A DNA stretch of 64,000 nucleotides, taken from contig CM097885.1 in the NCBI GenBank assembly GCA_044892525.1, positions 10,418,001 to 10,482,000 of the forward strand, given 5' to 3'. Under the pieces are notes generated by a model. That model was not told the DNA's origin. It ran no database searches and was given only the letters and a program-made list of their open reading frames with translations. Made by a program: the position numbers and the translations under genes. The stretch is from Schmidtea polychroa. Lineage: Eukaryota. Below, piece after piece: positions 55,640 through 64,000 of this stretch; position 1 is the first letter of the stretch, and each line of letters begins with the position of its first letter.

Positions 55640-57640
55640 AATTTTGGAAATAAAAGAATTAATAAAAATGAATTGGAAAAATTGATTAAAATAATAGGTA
55701 TTTCGCCGTCACATGATTTAATAGAGATAATAAAGCGCTTTCCCAATTTATTTATGTTGAATAAATGGGACATGGGACTAACAGATATTTTAAAACATAA
55801 AATATAAGAAAAAACATAGAATAAATTTTAAAAAATAATAGAAAACTTGAAGAATAATGGAATTATAAGGAAATATGAATTTCCTTAGAATTCACCAATT
55901 GTCTATGTTGCGAAGAAAAATGCAAATGATATTTGAATGTGCTTTTTAGATTATTAAACAAAAACACTATTAGACCGGCATTTCCAATTCCTAATATTGA
56001 TGAAATTTTGGACTAATTATATGTGTCTATGTATTTTAGTTAAATCGATTTAGGAAACGCCTACTACACCAAACACCACTGAGAACCATTTCCTATAATA
56101 TAACAAAAAAATCAATAATCTTACATTATAGAAACATACATACTTACTTTGATTTCATGTTGATGTTCTCATTTAAAGTGCAGTCAGACACATCTTATAC
56201 TATAGAAATCTGAAAAGTGGAAGAAAAATTAAAAACTGCACACAAGCGCCACACATACTAAAAAACACATTCAAACTTCTGATTCATCGAAATGCACACC
56301 TGAGATACGTTTCTATAATAATTCTATTTTAGACAATTTTTAGATAAAAAAAGATCGCTGAAAAGTTTTAAAAATATATTTTTAATAAAATTTTCAAGAG
56401 CAGATGAATTTGGTTCAATGTCTTTTCAATCCAGATTTGCTTTCCTGAAAGAAGCTCCTCATATTGAGCTCAGAAAAAAAATTACAAAAATTATTTTATT
56501 TTTATTATTCGACGATTTTTCCCAAAATGTTTTAGAAAGATACATATTTTTGGTAATTCATTTATTTAATTATAATTAAAAACATATCTGACTCACATTT
56601 TTTCGAAAATATTCCAAAATACTTGTCATAAAATATCAAAAATCCCTGAAAATTAATTAAAAATAATTTATAATTATAATGTTGACTAAAAGTAAAATTT
56701 AAGAACTTGAATAATGATCTCATATCTATATGGATCAAAATTCAAGACTTAAAATTTACTTAAAATTAAATATCTTACATGAAAGCCATTTCTAAAATGG
56801 ATAAAATAAATTTCCAAAAAACATTCATTATTGTAAGCAATTCAGTAAATTGATGATGATTAATTGGTAAATACAGCCAATTGGTGAGTGAATTGCTTTA
56901 CACGCCAACCACAACTATAGAGAGTGTATCTCAGTGGTGTTTGGTATATCAAGTTAAACTTAAAGAACAATCAAAAGAAAAAACAGGCTTTTCAACAAAA
57001 TATTAATAAAATGTCATTTGGCATAGCAGTAGCTTCATCAACATTCCACAAACTAATGTCTATTATAGTTGGAGATATGACGTGAAAGGAAGCACTGGTA
57101 TATTTAGATGACATTCTAATTTTTTCCAAAACGATTGATGAACATAAAAAAACTATTGAAAACTATTTAAAAGAATTAGCGATTTAGGGTTGAAAATCAA
57201 TTTCGATAAATGCAAATTTTTAGTAACAGAATTAAAATTTCTAGGACAGTTGATAAATAGAAGGTTTTGAAACTGACTTAAATATCAGATAGTCAACGCA
57301 ACAATACTAGCACATCCGGTTTTTGGAAAAGAATTCATCCTTGATACAGATGCTAGTTACAAACAATAAGTGTCTATTATCACAAAGAAAAAGTTGCAAT
57401 ATTGAAAACGTTATAGCTTATGGTTATAAGAGTTTGAATACTCACGAGATGGGTTTTTACATAATATTTCAAACACTATCTTTATGGAAGACAATTCACA
57501 TTAAGCAATGATCACAAAGTTATAACATTTATGATGACAACAAAAAACCACTAACAGACCAATTTCAAAATAGAATCAACTTTTTGAGTAGTTTGAATAT
57601 GAAACTAGAATAGCGCAAAGGCGAATTACATTACATGTTT
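55640..57640 (+). mobile_element. Decayed Gypsy pol (RT-RNase H) remnants interrupted by other inserts
   Basis: SPIVYVAKK, RPAFPIPNIDEILD, IDLGNAY (55890-56070), MSFG...STF, LVYLDDILIFSKT..EH, KCKF...KFLG (57010-57260), and FILDTDAS, VIAYG (57335-57425). Confidence 0.85.
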
Positions 57641-58067
57641 GGTTTCCAATGAGACGTTTAAGGCACTATTTTTAGATCACTCTTTGATCAAGGTATAATT
57701 ATTAAAAGATCAAATTAACAAATGACCTTACATTTTCTAGACAGAGCTGTTTTAATAATTTTCTAATATAAATATGGCATGAAAAAATAATTAAAATTAA
57801 ACACAGCTATATTTTATAATTATCCAAAAACATTTACACTTAGTTTTGACATTTTTCAAAATTTTTATAAATCACTGGGCGCATCCAGCTTCATTTCCCC
57901 ATAACTTTTTAATCATTATTAGAATTATTCTATAAATTTAATAAAAGTTTTGAATATATTTGTCATTTTAATTTGAAACACTGAACAATAAATTAAAATC
58001 TTATTAAAACTGACAAGTTACTAATTACCTTTGGCACGTACTAGTGATATGAATAATAATAAAGATG

Positions 58068-58216
<149 letters not shown>

Positions 58217-58256
58217 ATAAACAGCACAGGCTTTGTGATACCCAGTGCAAATCTCA

Positions 58257-58297
58257 ATAGTAGACTAGTTTCGAGCTTTTTGCTCTCATCAGTACTT
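58257..58297 (-). ncRNA. Minimal type-I hammerhead ribozyme (minus copy)
   Basis: The minus strand reads AAGTA CTGATGA GAGC AAAAA GCTC GAAAC TA GTC TACTAT. Confidence 0.85.
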
Positions 58298-58352
58298 GAA
58301 GATTTCTCTTCGTGCAGGTAAGTATACAATATTGCTGATTCAGCTTTATTGC

Positions 58353-58394
58353 GTAGTGCTGATGAGAGCCAAAAGCTCGAAACTAGTCTACTAT
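58353..58394 (+). ncRNA. Minimal type-I hammerhead ribozyme (plus copy)
   Basis: GTAGTG CTGATGA GAGC CAAAA GCTC GAAAC TA GTC TACTAT: intact core, 4-bp stem II, palindromic ACTAGT stem III and 6-bp stem I. Predicted cleavage is after C58388. Confidence 0.9.
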
Positions 58395-60239
58395 TGGGAT
58401 TTGCACTGGGTATCACAAAGCTTGTAATGTTTATATTATTCAAGTGTAAGACATCTAACAATAAAAATTTTTAAAAAAGTCATTTTATATTTTTAAAATG
58501 GGCCTTCATCCAAAACGTTTGCCCAGGCCTGTTATAAATATTGTAAATGTATTATCCAAAAATGTTTATTAAAGATTTCAAAAAAACTTTCAAAATAAAC
58601 GCCTCATTTCAATAAAATTATCATTTAGAAAAAATAAAATACAATATTTTTTTATTCATTAATGTTTTTTGTAAAATTATTTGTTTTAATAAAACGTAAA
58701 TTACAAGTTATAATCAGAATTTTTTGTCAATATTTTTTTCTTTTGATGGAATAAAAAAAGATTGAACAAATCCAAATGTTTTCTATTTTTTGATAATATC
58801 ATTTTGAAAATTTTATTTATTGGTTTTTGTTAACTGTTTAAATATGAAATTGAATATTTTTAATTTCTCTATAAAAATATTTTTTTACAATTTCACTATA
58901 AATTAGAACCGAGATTACGTTTAGCAATATTTGGGAATTTTTAATTTAGTTATAATCCTCAATAAGGACAGAGATAATTTTCAAATAAGTATTTTCTATT
59001 TAGCCCTCTGACTGCAGATATTTCTGGGGAAATTTGACATATTTTCATATTTTTGCAAACTGCTTTAGCTCACATAAAAAAATTGCATCATAACCGTCTT
59101 TGAGCTAAACCCTTTATAAACTTTAGAAAATGACACTATATTAGTCTTTATCGTAGTGTAATGTGTACTCCTCAGATATAAACCCTTTGGTAATTTATAA
59201 TGGTTACGCAATGTATTTATTACACAATACTCTACGTTTATGCTGTATTTGTCACCAAAGGTCGAAGGTCAATCATTAAACAATAAACAAGTAATGTAAT
59301 TATTATATGACAGTATGGGATTGTATCTCCCTAGGAAGAAGCACTTGGTATTACGCAATGGCTATATAAGTGATTTATTACACGACAGTCGACCTTTATG
59401 CTATGTTTTACACCAAAAGCCTAAGGTCAATCATAGACACATTATGTCATTAATTTAAATAAATTCCATATCATATATTTTATATTACTTTGTTTTAACT
59501 ATGTATACCGGTCCAACTGTCGAAAGGCTAAATAAATACATGTTTTTCTTTTCCTAGAAATTTTTCATTGAAATTCTGAGGATTTATTAGGACATGTCGT
59601 GTTTCTCAATTTGTCAATATGAATATTAAATTTAATTTCTTTTTAAAAAAAGTAACATTTGTTCAACATACGGTTTTCAAATATCCGGATTTTCTCTAAC
59701 CACGGTTATTGGAAATTTTTTTATTAACACTAGATTTATGGACTGAGCCAATTTGATTGATTTAAAATTCTATTGCTATATATATATATATACAGGCCCC
59801 TCAAGAGGGGGGGGGTCAGGACGGTTTTTTGACATGGGCCTCTTAATTTAGCGGGCCCACAAACAGCACTATTTTGATACTACACCATACGATCAACGAG
59901 TTTATTTTGCACTTTTACGTATAGCAAAAAAAGCAAAAATCTAATTTAAATATAGAAGGCCTTTTTTTTTATGTAAATTTCACTTTTCCTCAAATTTTCA
60001 TTTTTTAAAACTATATATATATATATATATAATATTGATTTTTTATTTTTAGATTACATATGTTGCTTTTTAGATACGTCATGATATATAGGTAAATATT
60101 AATTACTCTCCTCTTCCAACTACCTCATTTCGCATATCGAATTAAGAATACCTATTTTACGGCTATTTTTACCCGTAAATCTAATGTTAATTATGCATGT
60201 ATACCGAATAACCGTATGAAAATAAAAGAATAATATTAA

Positions 60240-60625
60240 ATTTCATAATTGATTAATATTTTTATTTGTTCTTTTTCATTCAAATAGTAGTATTTCAGGA
60301 ACATTAATGCTTTAAGTGATGTACAAGAAAGGCGAGATCTAATTTTGGTGCGGAAATTTACCAAAACTGAAAAGGTTCTCTCTGCTTCTGTTAAAGTCTG
60401 GAGTTTTTAATACAAATTATATAGCAATTCAAGATTTTGTGTTAGTTTTCTAAAAGATGTTAAATTCTTGCTTTAAAGTACAACTATTATTTGATATTCC
60501 TACTTGTTTAATGTTGGATGCATTAGACATGTATAAATTTAGTCCTTCAATTGATTCCAATTCTGATTCAACTAGAGTTGAGGATTCTTCAAGCATAATT
60601 TCTTCCTCCTCTTCCGATTCTATAT
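60240..60625 (-). mobile_element. Decayed hAT transposase C-terminus (insertion target of the Polinton)
   Basis: The minus strand reads LKQEFNIF*...TEAERTFSV..NFRTKIRSRLS..SLKALMFLKYYY. The reading is cut at the AGTAAGTAG terminus. Confidence 0.75.
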
Positions 60626-60719
60626 AGTAAGTAGGTAGATAGTAGCCTACGGCAGCAATGACCCCCCCGGGGGGGGGGTTCTGCTGCCGTAATTTTTTTG
60701 CTGCAACTTTTGATTACGC

Positions 60720-61990
60720 AATTTTTCACACTATAGTGAGGGGGTCTCGATGGTCCTGGGATTTTCAATACAAAAAAATTTTTTCTATACAAAAACGATG
60801 GTCCTGGGATTTTCAATACAAAAAAAATTTTTCTATACAAAAATCCGACTACCACTAAAAAAGCATGGAATTTTCAGACTATAGTGAGGGGGTCTCGATG
60901 GTCCTGGGATTTTCAATACAAAAAAAAAATTTTTCTATACAAAAACAATGGTCCTGGGATTTTCAATACAAATAAAATTTTTTCAATACAAAAAGGCGGT
61001 CTCACTAAAAAAGCATGGAATTTTCAGAATATAGTGAGGGGGTCTCGATGGTCCTGGGATTTTCAATACAAAAATTTTTTTTCTATACAAAAATCCTACT
61101 ATCAATAAAAAAGCCAAGGATTTATCACGCTATAGTGAGGTGAGTCTCCTTGGTCCTGAGAAATAGGTGTTCTACACTAAAAAACGTGGTAATTTAAGGT
61201 CTCGGGATATTTTCAATACAAAAAGCTGGTCTACACTAAAAAGCATGGTAATTTAAGGTCTCAGGATATTTTCAATACAAAAAGCTGGTCTACACTAAAA
61301 AAGCCAAGGATTTTTCAGACTATAGTGAGGTGAGTCTCCTTGGTCCTGAGAAAAAGGTGGTCTACACTAAAAAACGTGGTAAATTATTCAATTAAAGTAA
61401 ATAATGGTCCAAATTTTTAAATTAAAGTAAATAATGGTCCTAAAAATTAAATTACAGTAAATTATGGCTCAAATTTTTCAATTAAAGTAAATTAAGGTCC
61501 TAAAAATTAAATTAAAGTAAATTAAGGTCCTAAAAATTAAATTACAGTAAATAATGGTTCTAAAAAATTAAATTAAAGTAAATTATGGTCCAAATTTTTC
61601 AATTAAAGTAAATAATGGTTCTAAAAATTAAAATTAAAGTAAATTATGGTCTAAATTTAAAATTAAGTAATCAATGGTAAAAAATTTTAAATAAGTAATA
61701 ATTTTTAAATAAGTAAATTAAAGTAATAATTTTTAAATAAGTAAATTAAAGTAATGTAATAAGTAAATTAAAGTAAGATTTTAAAATTTATTAACAAAAA
61801 GTTGAAGGTGTTTGAGAATTGAAATTTTTTAATGGAAATTTTTATGAAATATTTTTTTAAGTAATTTTTAATGGAAATTTTTATGAAATATTTTTTTAAG
61901 TAATTTTTAATGGAAATTTTTATGAAATATTTTTCAATGATAATTTTAGATGGAAATTTTTAAGATAACTTTTAATGAAAATTTTTATGA
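60720..61990. repeat. Subterminal tandem arrays of the Polinton
   Basis: ~150-bp unit TATAGTGAGGGGGTCTCGATGGTCCTGGGATTTTCAATAC (60732, 60880, 61030; variants at 61131 and 61321). ~30-bp AATTAAAGTAAAT.ATGGTCC.AAA unit (61390-61680). 38-bp TTTTTAATGGAAATTTTTATGAAATA unit (61826-61990). Confidence 0.92.
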
Positions 61991-62102
61991 AATAATAATA
62001 AAAATAATAATAATAATAATAAAAATAATATATCAACCAAATACATAAAAATGAACTAGACACATAAAACACAAACAATTAACAAATGTAAAGATATAAA
62101 AT

Positions 62103-62450
62103 TTATTCATCCAATATTTGCTTGTAATAAGCTCTTCTTAATTCTGCTAGTAAAATATGAACAACTTCTTTCATCTTATATTCTTGGCAGCATCTACATC
62201 TAAACGGACATGGTAATTTCATCGGATCCATACATACTTCACAATCGTCTATGCATTTAAATCTTGATTCTTGTACAGATTCGAAATGTCTTCGTATAAG
62301 TTCTTCTATATTGATCCCCGTTAATTGCTTGATTCTATAAGCTAATAATTCCGGAGCACAATATGAAAGTCTGTTCTTTATATTCGGGAACAATTCTTCC
62401 ATCTTCGTTAATATAGTCTGGAATATGTAAGCTTGCTTATCGTCATCCAT
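62103..62450 (-). CDS. Polinton accessory protein, 115 aa, Cys-rich (CxxxCxxC...CxxxCxCC)
   Basis: Intact ATG ORF with AAAATG context, 63 bp downstream of the TBP-like gene on the same strand. Confidence 0.7.
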   Translation of the reverse strand: MDDDKQAYIFQTILTKMEELFPNIKNRLSYCAPELLAYRIKQLTGINIEELIRRHFESVQESRFKCIDDCEVCMDPMKLPCPFRCRCCQEYKMKEVVHILLAELRRAYYKQILDE

Positions 62451-62513
62451 TTTTGAATTTTTGTTATTGTAGATATTCAGTTAATTTAAACACAATTAAT
62501 TAAATTAATTTAA

Positions 62514-62990
62514 TTAACTTAATAAATATTCCAATATTTCTTCATTTGTTGTGATATTTATAGTTAATGATTTAATGAATTTCTGAATTTCTTGAATTTG
62601 ATTAAAATAATCAAATGTTTTAATCCCTAATATAACAACTTTCCCACTTGAAAAAACATTTACACATAGGGGGTTATACTTGAGAATACGTAAAGCTGGA
62701 AATATTTCAGGCTCATAGTAACTATCGGTTTTCCTTGACAATGCATTTAAATCAATGCATGTACCCATATCTAACGTTAATGTAATTGATTGGATTTGTA
62801 AATCTTGAATCTGATATTTGAGATCGCCTTCCTGTAATGGTTTCTTACATCCCATTATCCTACATTTCCCGCTCTTGAAGAATAAAATTGGATATTTTCC
62901 ACTTCTGTCCACGACATGTTGAGGTTTTCCTGATGGGAACTTCATTCCATTTACTACACATCTTCCTCTATAATTAATGTTGCTGATCAT
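62514..62990 (-). CDS. TATA-binding-protein-like protein, 158 aa, element-encoded
   Basis: ATG 62990. Two TBP repeats: ISNI...ILFFKSGKCRIMG and DLQIQSI...IDLNALS...YYEPEIFPAL...VNVFSSGKVVILG. Compare canonical LQNIV...LIFSSGKMVCTG and FKIQNMV...YEPELFPGL...LIFVSGKVVLTG. Confidence 0.88.
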   Translation of the reverse strand: MISNINYRGRCVVNGMKFPSGKPQHVVDRSGKYPILFFKSGKCRIMGCKKPLQEGDLKYQIQDLQIQSITLTLDMGTCIDLNALSRKTDSYYEPEIFPALRILKYNPLCVNVFSSGKVVILGIKTFDYFNQIQEIQKFIKSLTINITTNEEILEYLLS

Positions 62991-63040
62991 TCTAATTATT
63001 GTAATTATAAACAAATTAAATAAAATAATTTAATTAAAAA

Positions 63041-63664
63041 ATGGAATTAAGAAATGACGCAGTATATCAAATAGTAGGACCTAGTGGAAGCGGGAAAACT
63101 TTATTTGTATGTAATTTATTACAATCAAACATGTTTAAATCTAAATTTAATAAAATATATTGGCATCGAGGTGCAGATGAAGAACATGGATTGACTCAAA
63201 ACAGTTTCTGTAAATTAAAAATGACAATAATTAAAGGATTTGATAAAAATTGGTCATCTAGATTACGTCAAGGTGATGTTATTATTATCGATGATCTGTA
63301 CCAGGAAGCAAATAAAGAAAAAGATTTTAATAATTTATTTACAAAAATCAGTAGACATTGCGGAGTTACAGTTATTTTCATTACACAAAATCTTTTTCAT
63401 CAAGGTGGAAGTCATAGAACACGTAATTTAAATGTCCAATATTTAATTATTTTCAAAAATCCTAGAGATCAAACAATAATAGATTTTCTTGCGAGACAAG
63501 CTTATCCAAATAATAGAAAATTTTTGATTGATTCATTCCAAGATGCAACAAAAATTCCTCATGGATATTTATTTTTTGATTTTACACAACAATGTCCAGA
63601 TGATATGCGTATTAGAACTGATATTTTTAATATAAACGGTGTTACGATTTATAAACAAAACTAA
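63041..63664 (+). CDS. Genome-packaging ATPase (A32/FtsK-HerA family) of Polinton/adintovirus type
   Basis: Walker A GPSGSGKT, Walker B IIIDD, SRH arginine finger, ITQNLF, FKNPRD, PHGYLFFD and RIRT; intact 207 aa. Confidence 0.93.
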   Translation: MELRNDAVYQIVGPSGSGKTLFVCNLLQSNMFKSKFNKIYWHRGADEEHGLTQNSFCKLKMTIIKGFDKNWSSRLRQGDVIIIDDLYQEANKEKDFNNLFTKISRHCGVTVIFITQNLFHQGGSHRTRNLNVQYLIIFKNPRDQTIIDFLARQAYPNNRKFLIDSFQDATKIPHGYLFFDFTQQCPDDMRIRTDIFNINGVTIYKQN

Positions 63665-63683
63665 AAACTAAATAAAATTAATC

Positions 63684-63836
63684 ATGTCATTTAAAAAAGT
63701 AGTTGTTAAAAATCTTCCAAGTGTTTCGAAGAAAATTACCAAGAAAACAAAACGTACAAAGAAAACAAAAAGTGGATCAAAAAGTACAAAAAGTACAAAA
63801 ACTAAGAAAAAAATCAAGAAGTGGATCAAATTATAA
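63684..63836 (+). CDS. Very basic 50-aa K/T/S-rich protein (candidate virion core / DNA-condensing protein)
   Basis: MSFKKVVVKNLPSVSKKITKKTKRTKKTKSGSKSTKSTKTKKKIKKWIKL*. It fills the gap between the ATPase and the next ORF and is below the ORF-track cutoff. Confidence 0.6.
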   Translation: MSFKKVVVKNLPSVSKKITKKTKRTKKTKSGSKSTKSTKTKKKIKKWIKL

Positions 63837-63858
63837 ACAATCCGTCGCGTAAATAATA

Positions 63859-64000
63859 ATGAAATTTGAACGGAGCTTACCATATTTTAATGCTTTAATA
63901 AAGGCACCAAATTCGAAACGAATATCAATTTTACAGTCTTTTCCATCATTTGTTATTGATGATTTACTTGAAGTTATTATAAATGTTGTCCGCGGTAATG
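63859..64000 (+). CDS. Small Polinton/adintovirus protein typically found after the ATPase (partial, runs off window)
   Basis: MKFERSLPYFNALIKAPNSKRISILQSFPSFVIDDLLEVIINVVRGN...; the E...N...GN pattern recalls the small conserved Polinton gene next to the ATPase. Confidence 0.65.
   Translation, partial: MKFERSLPYFNALIKAPNSKRISILQSFPSFVIDDLLEVIINVVRGN

Larger units (their letters stand above)
60626..64000. mobile_element. Left end of a Polinton/Maverick (adintovirus-like) endogenous dsDNA virus, continuing beyond the window
   Basis: Abrupt AG-starting terminus AGTAAGTAGGTAGATAGTAG and ~1.4 kb of repeat-rich non-coding end. Tightly packed intronless ORFs follow, including a Polinton-type packaging ATPase. 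pPolB, integrase and capsid genes are not inside the window. Confidence 0.85.

Noticed and set aside
60731..60740. CTATAGTGAG resembling a reversed T7 promoter or vector
   Set aside because: Only 10 nt match, the TCGTATTA part is absent, and it is part of the native repeat unit.
60589..61108. ORFs 60589-60855, 60658-60858 and 60884-61108
   Set aside because: They translate terminal tandem repeats.
60720..61380. CRISPR-like appearance of regularly spaced repeats
   Set aside because: The intervening sequences are themselves repeated, there are no cas genes, and the context is eukaryotic.
62514..62990. Host TBP or TRF2 gene
   Set aside because: Far too divergent and short, intronless, and embedded among viral-type ORFs.

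Overview
Very AT-rich eukaryotic (metazoan) genomic DNA with 42-53 nt minimal introns, long (AAT)n tracts and dense transposon debris. These traits suggest a planarian-type flatworm, but that is inference only. Three conserved spliced host genes can be rebuilt by hand: MRPL28 (890-4232, +), the PP2A B55 subunit PPP2R2/twins (16091-17667, +) and DCAF7/WDR68 (51736-25958, -). Two DCAF7 introns of 11 and 13.6 kb are packed with hAT, pogo/Tigger, piggyBac, mariner and Gypsy remnants. Highlights: (1) The last 3.4 kb is the left end of a Polinton/Maverick (adintovirus-like) endogenous DNA virus. It has an AGTA-repeat terminus, a GC hairpin, subterminal arrays and a packaging ATPase, and it carries a compact, asymmetric TATA-binding-protein-like gene head-to-head with the ATPase. 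(2) A near-perfect 3.5 kb palindrome holds two identical, divergently oriented intronless genes for a secreted helical protein with Unpaired/IL-6-type cytokine motifs; a third truncated copy is fused to a Helitron helicase remnant. (3) A pair of minimal hammerhead ribozymes sits in inverted orientation. (4) An orphan Cys-containing ORF nested antisense in DCAF7 lies behind a distinctive inverted GC-motif array that recurs 9 kb away. No searches were run; family assignments come from motif recognition by eye.
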